A stretch of 64,000 bases of DNA from Camelus ferus. Lineage: Eukaryota. A program made the translations under genes and the position numbers. The stretch spans positions 76,448,001 to 76,512,000 of the forward strand of contig NC_045697.1 in assembly GCF_009834535.1 (NCBI RefSeq), given 5' to 3'. A model generated the notes under the pieces. It made no database searches. It was not told where the DNA came from and saw only the letters and a program-made list of their open reading frames with translations. Position 1 is the first letter of the stretch. Every line of letters starts with the position of its first letter. Positions 26,327 through 37,479 of this stretch are shown here, piece after piece.

Positions 26327-27169
26327 AAAAAGAAAGTAACTTATAGAAAATGGAGACTAGAGTGAGAGAAGCAAGAGAGAACACTTCAACAAAACTATTA
26401 GTATCTTCTGATCAGAAAAGATTACCCTTGTGAAACTTTTTTTTAAAAGGTGCTATATAAAAGGAAAATTCAGTGAGTAAAAATAGCTCCAGAAAATTAC
26501 AAAATAGCTAAAAATTTAAAAATTCAATAGAATTGGAAGATAACATTGAAAAAGATCTGAGAAAGTAGAGCAAAAAGACAAAAGAGAAAGGAAAATAAGA
26601 GAAAAGACATAAGAAAAATAAAAGGAACAGACAGGAGGCATCTTAGTAATGGATTTTTTTCCTAGAAAAGAGCACAGAGAAAACAAAGTGAAAAATCTGT
26701 CAATAAAATAAGTCAACAAAAATTTCTCAGAACTAATGACATGAGTTGCTAGATGGAAAGGGCCCACTGAGTTCCCTACCACCCTTCTGTCTCCCCCAAA
26801 AAGACTGGAATAGATCTGTATCAAGGAACATGATTGTGAAATCTCAGAATACTGGGGACCAAGAGAAGATCCCATTAACTTTCAGAGAGGGAAACAAGTT
26901 ACATACGAGGGATCAGGAATCAGTACGACTTTAGATTTCTCAATCACAATAAGGCAAGCGAGAAAGACCTTCAAAATTCCCAAGGAAAAATATTCCTACT
27001 GCAATTCTAGATTCAGCCAAACTATCACATGCATATGAGGGAAGAATAAAGACATCTTCAGATATTTAAGGTCTCAAAAACTTAATTCCTATGTACTCTT
27101 TACCAAGGAGATAGTGAGAAGATGGTCCCTCCAAAATAAAAGAGAAAAATCAACAAAGGGGAAGACATG

Positions 27170-28690
27170 GTGTACTGCAGAGTTTGTTTCTACACCGTAA
27201 CGTGTCATCGAGGCTGACCTTTGTGGACTGCATCACAGATTCACATGCCCTACGTTTGTGATCAGCCGGAATCGCCGGCAAGAATACTGGAGGATAGGAG
27301 GGCAAAGACAGCTTAGGGCCCTGATGGGAGGTAACCATAGCATCCATCTGTCACTCATTTCTCATGGACTGAGACTTGAATTTGTGGTGCAGAGTTTTGT
27401 TTTGTTTTGTTTTTTGTTTTTAATATTTTACAGCCATCAAAAGATTTCAGCTAGACATAAAAAATGTGTTTCTAACATGACATGTGGTAGTCCACTTCCA
27501 ATGGGTCAAAAATCCAGATTTATTGGAATTTTAAATAAAGAGACTGCTATTTCCCATACTGCTTCGTTCCAGAGTACTGAAAATATTTGTGCTCAGTATT
27601 CTGAAGCAGACTCTATGAAAAGTGTTATGAGTGTAGCTGTTCAAAAGTCATTTGGCATATATGCACAAATGCTATGAATCACTGCCAACTTATGGAAGCG
27701 TTGAAAGAAACAGAAGACAATGATTTTAGTGATTTTGTTAGTGCTCGTTGCCAATGCCCATTGATAATAGTCATGGAAGGAATTAAGCCCAACTTAAGGT
27801 TTTCCTGAAATGAAAGGAATGCGTGCTGAATATCTGATAACCAAAGGCAGAAAATAACAGTGTGATTTTCATTTTCTCACAGGTATCAAACTACATATTG
27901 ACAAACTACATTTAAAACTCCAAAAGAGGTTATATTTGATTTAACTAGACAGGTACAAGAATTTATGTTGATACTGAAACTCTTTATAATACAAACCAAT
28001 AATAATGATTTTATACATTTTTCTAATATGAGTCAAAGTTCAGGAGATTCTAATTATAATTAATGGCATTATATAATTTGATTGTAAGAAGAAAAAAACA
28101 AGAAAAAATTTGAAGAATGCTTTGCTAGTATTGGTAAGTTTAGAGTAGCTTTTCAAATTATACAATACCGTTTTGAACTCAATATTTAATAATTCTAAGT
28201 AACAGGAGTTAGTGAATTTACTTAACTTGAATTAATGTGGTTTTAAAATTGACATGCTTTTGCTTCAAAGTCAAATAAATTCTTCTAAAAAAAGATAAAC
28301 CAGTTTTGTCAACATGAATAAATATTAAAGGCAAAGGTTTTTGGAACTTAATATATTTATTGGAAAATTTTTAAGTATGTTAGAACAACTGAGGTATGTG
28401 AGTCTACCTTTTATGAAATATAAATATTTCCAATGAAAATGTATTATTTAAATTGAAATGTGCTGTAAGTGTAAAACACACACCAGAATTCAAGTACTTA
28501 GTATTAAAAAATTTTTAATATCTCAATAATAATTTTCTTTTTGGAATACATGCTAAAATGCTAATATTTTGGGTATATTGGGTAAAAATATTATTAAATT
28601 AATTTCACTTTTTATTCTTTAATGTGATTACTAGAATACGTTAAGTTACATATGTGGCTTAAAATTATATTTTTAGTGGACAGCATTGAT
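27170..28690. mobile_element. Charlie1-like hAT DNA transposon remnant
   Basis: Terminal ATATTTTTAGTGGACAGCATTG near 28690 and GATGTGCTGTAAGTGTAAAACAC-like subterminal sequence shared with the MER33-like element. AT-rich degenerate interior. Confidence 0.55.
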
Positions 28691-28699
28691 CTAGATATT

Positions 28700-29720
28700 A
28701 ATCCTTTGTTAGTTTTCAATGCTGCAAGTATTCGCTCCCTGTCAGGTTTTTTTTTTTTTTTTAAAGCATAGTCTGTTTTTGGTATCCTTCATTGAACATT
28801 GAAAAAGCCTTAATATTGATGTACTTAAACCATCAATTTTTCTTCTTTTTTTTTTTTTTGACTTTAAGAAATTTATTCGTGCATAGTTCTTTCCAATACA
28901 TCAAGCGCTCATCCACACCTAACTCCTGCGTTGCCACATTTGTCCCTTGCCAGTAGCCCTGGGAGTTAGGGTGCTCAGATGTGTCAGCAATGTACAGAGG
29001 AGGAATCACTTGCTTAGAATGGCAGAAATGACCCCACAGAGTTTTCATGCCAAACCCTCCCAATCCTACATGACACACTCCAACTACTGCTGTAACCTCA
29101 TCCAGCAGAGCCTTTGTGGCAAGATCTTCGCCAGTAATATGAGTTTGTGCACCTTAGGAATTCAACATATATGGATAATACAAATTCACATAAACCTTAA
29201 AATGGTAGTCATTATCTTTAAGAACATGAAAATGACAAGCCAGGAAGCTTACTGAGCCTGAGCTCTGAGAATAGAGGTTAATGCTCTGTCTTCAGTGAGG
29301 ACCTAGCAGCCCTACTGAAAAGCAGGACCACAGGACCAGGCTGGAGGAGGTCACTTTTCATGGTAGCAGTGTAAACCATCAGTATTTTTCATTCACAATT
29401 TGTGCTTTCACAGTTTAGTAAGCTTCTCAAAGACATTCTTCATTTTCTTCTACTGGCTGTGTATTTTTACCTTTCTCACCTAGGTCTTTAATACATCTAG
29501 AGTTCATCTGTGCATAGTGTTGAGTCAGAAGTTCAGCTTTTCTTCAGGTGAAGAGCCAGTTTTCTTAATGTCATATACCAAACAAGGCATCCTTTTCCAT
29601 TTTTTGTGGTACCACATTCATCATATATCAAATTCCCATAAACACAGCTCTATTTCTGAACTCTCCACTCTGTTTCATTGATCTGTTCCTATCCCAGAAG
29701 CATTCTGTAATATTCCTTAA
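28700..29720 (-). mobile_element. Old L1M fragment (split by the retro-insertion)
   Basis: ATATTAATCCTTTGTTAGTT, TTTCTCACCTAGGTCTTTAATACATCTAGAGTT, CTCTATTTCTGAACTCTC. Confidence 0.65.
28843..29371 (-). pseudogene. Retroposed polyadenylated sequence (5'-truncated processed retrocopy or 3' transduction), parent unknown
   Basis: On the minus strand AATAAA (28872-28877) is followed 12 nt later by A14 (28846-28859). Flanked by TAAACCATCA..ATTTTTC direct repeats (28826-28842 and 29372-29390). It interrupts an old L1. Confidence 0.75.
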
Positions 29721-30399
29721 TAACTGACAGTTTGAATCATTCTTCACTCCTATGCTGGTATCAGCTATAAACATCCCACCCAATGAGTTTCTATACTTTC
29801 CCTTTGCTTTGTCTTATCAGCTATAGGCTTTGGCCTTTTAAGTATTAATAATATATACTGCCGTTGAAACTTTCTTTGACTGCCTTTTCTTTAAGGAGGT
29901 TGTTCTCAGTGAGTCTTTCAGAACTGTTAGTGAGTAAAAACCTGCCAGTTCATTTTTGATAGAGTTATCTGGTCTCATGAGCCGAACAGATTGGATAATA
30001 CTTGAACCCCATAAACCAGAACCCAGTAAAATAATCCTCTCAGTATAAGACTTGTGTAGGGACTTGACTAATAATGAATGACCATGGATCTTTAGGAGTA
30101 TCCTCCAGACTCCACTATTTCAAATGGTGCAGCTACCAGCTATTTGCAACTGTGTTTCCAAAGGTCAGTAAAAACAATTTGTGACAAATGCGTAAAGTCA
30201 AAATTATTTCATTCACTGATAGGCCACTCTGATGGATGGAGTAGCTAGGGCTCAATCATTCCTTATAAAGAATCTCCCATATGCCGGAGATTAGAATTTC
30301 AAATATAAATGAAATGCATTTTATTTATACATTTATACCTCACTTCATTCCTCAGAGAGAATTTAAAGAAAGTAAAATTAATAAAATATCAACCTTCCC

Positions 30400-31380
30400 C
30401 TTAAGGATTTCACCATCTACTAACGAAAAACATACGTCAAAACTATTACCATAGTACAAGTAGAAGTATTACAATACAGATATATCTCTAACAAAGTAAG
30501 AGACAATTAATGCATAGGTGGAGGGATTAAAGTATCACATTTGATCTGAAGATTGAAAAATAGTGAAAATTTTAACTTTAAAACAGAGTGATCCTGGGGC
30601 CATATCTTGATCAAGTGATCAAACTTCGCATCACTAATAGTGGGACAACCAGATACAACACGCCTCCTGATATGATGAAAGATACACAACATCACCCAAA
30701 AAGCAAGTCTTGCTAAAAATGTTTAGCATGAATCTAATCAACCTTTAGACCTAACTTTCAGTTTACCAAAAGCATAGGAGATAGAGGAACTAGTCAAATA
30801 GTAACATAAGGTGGGGGTGGGTATAGCTTAGTGGTAGGGTGTATGCTTAGCGAGCACAAGGTCCCGGTACCTCCATTAAAAAATTTTTTTAAGTAAATAA
30901 ATAAATGAGGAACATAATTAGACAAACCCAGAATGTGAGACATTCTACAAGATAACTGGTCGGCAGCGCTCAAAGAGTCAATGTCATGATAAAGTAGTAC
31001 ACTGTTCTATATGAAAAGTGACTAAAGAAACCTAATAACCAAGTATAATGAATGAACAACTTGATTTGATCTTGTTTTTTCTTTAAAGAGACATAAAAGG
31101 CATTCTTGAAACAATCAGATTAATCCAATATGGAATTACTATTAATTTTCTGAGGCATAATAATGGAATTGTGTTATATAGGGGTATATCTTTATTCTTA
31201 GGAATTGTATGGTGAGTGTTTAGCAGAGAATGTCATGATGAAAAATTTACTTGAAAAAATACAAGGCCTTTACAGCAAAATGTTAACAATTATTGAATCC
31301 AGGCAGAGGATATGTGAGTTTCATTGTATAGTTTTTTAACTTTGATATACATGGAATTTTTTCATAATAAAACTTAGAAT
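30400..31380 (+). mobile_element. L1MC/ME-type 3' region
   Basis: AGACAAACCCAGAATGTGAGACATTCTACA, AAAATGTTAACAATTATTGAATC, ATTTTTTCATAATAAAA. Confidence 0.65.
30811..30905 (+). mobile_element. tRNA-derived SINE (Vic-1-like) lacking the B box
   Basis: GGGTATAGCTTAGTGGTAGGGTGTATGCTTAGCGAGCACAAGGTCCCGGTACCTCCATTAAAAA. Confidence 0.8.
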
Positions 31381-33439
31381 AACTTGATTCTCTCCTTTGG
31401 GTGATATTGAATGTTAAACAATAAGAAAAGAGAAGGGTAAGCAGGGTGGATGATATCGTAGGCAGACGGGAAAGCTTGAGCAAAGGCACAAAGGTAAAAT
31501 CCTTGCGTATTAAGAGGCTAGGGAGTTGTCCCTGTAGGCTGTATAAAATTTATATCTAATACACTATGTGGATAATAAACAAACCTCTACTGAACACCTA
31601 CTACTATAACTGTCTCTGGTATCACTTAGAGTTCTTTGGTTGCCAGTGATAAAATTATCAGTTGATGTAAAAGCTGTACAGTGATGACTCAAGAAGAACT
31701 GGAATAAAGACATCTCTGGGGATACAGGAATCAATAACCAGTCTCCCCAAGGAGAATGGACCAACTCTAGTCTTTTTCCTTCTTTGGGTTTCTCTACTCA
31801 TGAGTCAATCCCTAGGAAACAGAATAAGATCCAGACCCAAGCAGGTCCTCTTAGCCTGGGCACTGAGGGACCAGTCTCTTATTGGGTGGCATTCTTGCTC
31901 ACCTAAATTCAATTCTATTGAATTCTATCTTATATTCTCTGGGAAACCCTTGAATCCTTCTCTTCTTGCTTGTTAGCCAGAGCTGGCTCACCATCAAAGA
32001 ACCACAATACAATTTTATTTGTCTCTGTTTTATTTATAGTTAGACTCTTGGACATTTCTACATCATACACTCCTACACTCCGTGACACAATTTCTTGTGG
32101 TTTATTTTTGTCTGAATCTTTATGGTAGATATGAAATTAGGTTTTTAAAAAAATGTTCTTCCCTCTACATTTGGATGGGTATAGTGGTTAAGGACAGTAA
32201 GTACAAGAAGGTAAGGGCATGAGATAAAGAGAAAGAGACGGAAAAAAGAGGAGAGAAGAAAAGAAGAGGAAAGAACTCGAGAATAATTTTGGTGTTGGTT
32301 AAATTTGTTAAATATGCTATGCAATCTTACCTTAAGGAGTTTAGGACAGGTAGAAGCAATGGTTTGAGAACTGGTACAATGCTGAAAAATGGGTATTGTG
32401 GGGAGTGGGGATAAGGTGGAAATTTATGGTTAAATGGGCAAGACTTTAAGGATTTCCAAATCTTTCAGAGAGGAGAATGAATATATGCAAAGTCTAGATA
32501 AAATCCTCAGGATTCATGAGAATCCATGTTCTGAGGTAATGATGCTTGGTCCTACTATAGTTACAAGAACTACCAAAATTTTTTTTGCTTTTTAAAAAAA
32601 TTAGGGTGAATAAATATTGCTTAGATATGTTTTGGGGTTGGAGTTAGGAAATATAAAGTTGGTAAAGCAGGACAAAAAAGTTGGGGGGATGGTTCTTGGG
32701 GGACAAGGACTGCTGTTTCACTTGTCTATCTGCAGCCCCAGGCTCTGCACCTAGCACAAAGAAAACATTCAAATGCTTGTGAGTAAGCAGATATGTGGAT
32801 AAATGAATAAGCGAAGTAGCAAAAATCAGAATTCGTGGGCTATTTTAAAGAATTCCAGAGATGCTACAAATTTGCAAGGGTAGGATGACCATGGAGGGAA
32901 TAGTTCAGTTTCACTAGATATATTTGTTAGCTATGTACTCTATGCTCTGCACCTGCACTTGGGAAGGATAAGGCACAGTCCCTACCCTTACACAACTCAC
33001 AATCCTGTATGTGCATAGGGAAAAATAGGTACATTAACGACAACAATGTAAGATTGAAGATAATCACATGGCAAGGAAGAGGTAAAACTAAAGTATGAGA
33101 GAAAGCATTTGAAGGAGAACACGTCTTATTGAATGGGAAAAGGTTAGAATAGCCAACATTGGGGATGTGACATTTGACATACATCTTGAGGCACTGGTAG
33201 ACTTTCCACAGACAGGGGCATTTCAGGAAGAAGAAATAGCATAAACAAAAGCATGGAGCTGGGAAATGAAGGATAGGCCCAGGAGGGCAGACTGATCATG
33301 AGGAAGATCTTGAATGCCAGGCTAAGGAATCTGTGTTTAATTGTAGGTATTGGAAATCACTTACGGTTTCTGAATAAGAGAGTTATGTGCTTAAAAGCAA
33401 TTTTTTAAAGAAAATGAGACTGTTAGAGTTTTGAAGGAC

Positions 33440-33605
33440 TTTGCTGTTCAAAGACTGGTCAAGGACCAGCAGCATGAACTTCACCTGGGAGCCTATCAAA
33501 AAAGGAGACTCTCAGCCTCCGTCCCAGACTCACCGAATCTAAACCTGCAAAGCAGCCAGAACCCCCAAGTGATCTGGGTGCACATTAAACTTTGAGAAGC
33601 ACTGA
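33440..33605. mobile_element. MER5A
   Basis: GACCAGCAGCATGAACTTCACCTGGGAGC...CACATTAAACTTTGAGAAGCACTG. Confidence 0.75.
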
Positions 33606-34089
33606 TGTCAAATACAGTGGAAGAGGAAGATTTGACTTCAGACAGTCAGAGGACTAGGCCAAAGAGAGATGAACAAAGGTGAGAGTAGCAGACGCACCAA
33701 GGCTAATGTGGTTGCCCAGAAAGGGAGAAGCCACGAATGACGCAGAGCTTTTAGGCTGGGTAGTGATGGTCGATTTCTGCCTCACTCATTTTCCTAATAT
33801 ATTAATCCTCTGACCTTATTCACTAAAGTCATTGTTTCCCTTTAGTATGTTTTCCTTCTATTTGTTCTTTCTATTCATTAGCAGGCATTGCTTCTTTCTA
33901 CTTGTGTTCATAGGCCATAAAACAAATGAGAAACTTCCCGAGCCTAGTTTTTAAGGAATGCAGGTTCCAACTACTGCTATACCACATGCTGAAGTGAAAA
34001 AAAAAAAAAATCACAAAGAGATCAGAAGGGAGAAAGAAGAAAAGTAAAAATATCTCCTTTTGTATTTCAGGGTTTTCTTCCCTTCTGTG

Positions 34090-34900
34090 TTTAATACGAA
34101 TCAAACAGGTGTACGTTCAAAGCGCGCAAGTGTGTCTTCATCAGCTTTTAATCATCAGTTTCAAGAAAATTCAGATCTCTCAGAAAGAGGGAAAAATAAA
34201 CAGCTGAGCAGTGTGACTCATTTACACTTCAAATATACTTTGAATTGGTTATTCCTCAATTAATCAAATAGCTGGTGTATCCCTAAAGTAGTATAAAGTG
34301 ACACGCTGTGTGAAATCAATTTTTCCTTCCAAAATCGTTAAATCCAGTAGCCTGTGACTACATCCCTGCTAATTCTGGTACCAGTGCTTTCATCCTCCAT
34401 TAACTCTGGCACGCCTAACAGGCTGTCAAGAATAATTTCCCAGGACGTAAATAATTCAGAAATTAAAAATTAATAAATAATAACAGGGAACTACTGGGAA
34501 ATAGGCTGGGTCAATTAGTGCGCTCTGCATTCTGTTTCTTCGCAGCAGGGGGGGCAGCCGCATTCGTTACTTGAATCTTTCCTTCGATTCTGAGGTCTGA
34601 TTTACAGCTCTTCATTACTGGATCCAGTCAGACACAATGACCTCCATCACTATCTCAGTTCCTAACTTCAAAGAAACGAGCGTTTTCTTGTCTGCTTTTT
34701 TTTCTCCTTGCAGCAGGCTCAGCTTGACATCCCTGGAATTTCTTCCACGCAGACTAATTAATAAGTCTTCGACTTATCATATTCACTTCTCTTCTTTGAT
34801 GTGCTACCTTAGTCAATCATCCCATTTAATTAGAATTTCAATGATAACTTTACTTATCTTGTGGCAAGATGTAAATTAAAATAATGGGATTTTAATTCTC
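34090..34900. promoter_or_regulatory. Candidate conserved enhancer
   Basis: Apparently repeat-free block with raised CpG, four TCF/LEF-type CTTTGAW sites, AP-1 TGACTCA (34214-34220), PBX-HOX-like TGATTTAC (34598-34605) and many TAAT motifs. Confidence 0.45.
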
Positions 34901-37479
34901 TTTCGTATGGGGTTATGACATTTTGGAAGAGAAAGTTTCAACACAAACATGATATTATGTACTTCCTATGTGGGGGTAGAGGAGCATTCCGCAATTATTT
35001 TCCTCTTGCTACAAAATAGTATTGCTGTTGAGCAAGCAATAATGGAAATGCACTGGATTTTTCTATAGCATCATCTCATCAAATCCTTCACAGAAAAAAA
35101 ATTACCTTGATTAGCATAAATAATTGGAACAAGGTACAGGTCACATTGCCAGCAAAGGCAGAGGCTATGTTTTGAAGAAAAAAGTAACTCCAGAAAGTCA
35201 AGGCTTTGATATACTAACCCTTTTAACTCTTTTTGCCCTTGCCTGTCAACCCAGGCTAATTTCCATTTTAGTAAATTCTATACCAGTTTCTTTAGACTTC
35301 TTCCCCAAGATGCCACAGGAAATAAAAAGGTTCTCTCAAGAACATAACAAACATTAGCAGAGCATAGGATATGACACTGATGTGCAAAATTAGTTAATAA
35401 GGAGAGCAGAAGCAGTGTTTCATTTCTAGAAAACAGTACTAAGACCAAGATTTATTAAGCTTCCACTGTGTGCCAGCCTCAGTCATATGCTTTACATCTG
35501 TTAATTCTCCAGGCATACCTATAATATAGGATTATTATCCCCATCTTACACATAGGAAGACAGTCTCAGTGAGGTTAACCTGGCCTTTCTAAGGTCTCAA
35601 GGTAGCACGTGAGGACTGAAGAAATAGAGAATGCGTGAGAGAAATAGCATTTAAGTCTTTGAGAGTAACATTTAAACCCTCCCATGACCTGACTTCAAAC
35701 TGTCTGCCTGCCAAACTCCTGTTCTCTCTCTTCTATTATATAAACTCATCCAAAATGCATCTCCAGGCATTGACCCAGTACCAGAGTATAGCATAATATA
35801 TACCTTAATACATTGTTGATGGCTGCTTTAATGCTTACAGACATTGGCTGAAGTTCAGTCTTTGTAGTCATAGTGATCTCAATCATCATAAATACATTAT
35901 TTTAAAATAGCAAATACAAACAGAAAGTCATATATATACACACAAGGTTTAGAATAAGAAAATAAGCTTTTCCCACATTTTCTTATACTGTTTTTTCCCA
36001 GGAATAAAATGATTAGCTTTTTGTTTGTGGCTTTTAAAAAAAGGTTACTAACAATAGGAATATCAATGGGAATTATTCCTTCCTTGATCTCTCAATCTCT
36101 CCCCTCCTCTACACTCAATACAATGTCCAGTAAGACAACAAACAGAGGTTACAGTGACCAACAGAAACTTATTTCATTAGTTAGACACGAAACCATTGCA
36201 TTAATGCCATTTTGAAGCTAACCTTTCAGGGATTTAATACAGTTGTTCTTTAACAATAGAATTTGGTTCATTTGCTACTTAAGACATGATTATTTAAATT
36301 AAAGTTAATTGGTTTCCTTACTCTCCTTTAGGGCTTTAGGCTCAGAACATTTCTATTAGAAAAACCTAATTTGTCTCAAATTCCTATTTCTAAATTTTAG
36401 ACTGGTTAAAATGCTCTGATATTTTAACTCTTTGTAGCAAAAATTTTATTTAAATTACAGCTCAAACTGGCAAAGCAATTAAAGATTCAGGTGACACAAT
36501 TAGCAAAAGGGCTCAGGAGTAGTTCAGGAGACTCGAAGCGACTGTGTAAGATGAACAGTCGTCTTCTGCCAGGGCCTCTCAGAGGCTGAGAAAGGCTTGG
36601 GCCACTCCTGCTACTTTTCTTGAGGTTCTCAAGTGTCAATTTAAAAAGGAAGACACGCCAAAGCAAGATTACTATGACATATTTTAAGTGTTTACATTGG
36701 ACCACTTAATGATTTTAATACACAAAATACAGTGTAATATAATTGAGCTACTCACAAATAATCACAGTACTAATAAAATTCATTAATTCATGGAGCCCTG
36801 CAGGCTGTGACACCAAGTTACAGAACAAAGCATACAAGTTCTATAGTGAAAGTCTTTCAATCTTCCTGTATATCAATGACTATAAAAATAATCTAATTTA
36901 AATAATATAATATAACCTAATATAAATAATCTAGAAATAATGTTAAATTCTTAACTTTAAGTTCTTCTGGAGTATGTGGTGCAAGTCCAAATGCTCTCAC
37001 CATTCTTGATAAGCTCCAATCTCATCCATTCACTTAAAAATTTTCTTACTGTTTGGCAGGCATTGCTCTAGGAACTAAAAATATATCAGTCAACAAAAAT
37101 TTTTTTAAAGGACAAAACTCCCTACCTTGTGGAGCATAGTTCTAATGGAGACAGACAACACATAATAAACACAATAAGCAAATATATAATATATAGAAAA
37201 TGATAAGTGCGGGGGAAAAAAACAGGGTGGGAGGATCTATAAGGGCCAATAAAGAATAGAAATGTGCCATTTAAATAGGATAGTTAGGATAGTGAACTGA
37301 AAAGTTATCTTGAGCAAACAAGTAAAGGAAGTAAGAGTAAGCCGTGCTGATACCAGGGGAAGAGAATTCCAGGAAGAGGAATGGCCAGGGAAACAGGAAC
37401 ACCATGATGTCCTTGTGTGAATCAGAAAGGGTGCTGCTTCCCTCCTCCCCATATTATTGACTAAGTGAACTGATCTGAG

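Larger units (their letters stand above)
24880..27150 (+). mobile_element. Old L1M 5'/ORF1 remnant (host of the SINE and L1 insertions)
   Basis: A-rich ORF1-like segments AAAATTTCTCAGAACTAA, ACATGATTGTGAAATCTCAG, ATTCTAGATTCAGCCAAACTATCA. Confidence 0.6.

Noticed and set aside
29279..29362. 27-aa ORF (minus strand) at the 5' end of the retro-insertion
   Set aside because: It is too short and I do not recognise it, so it may be chance.
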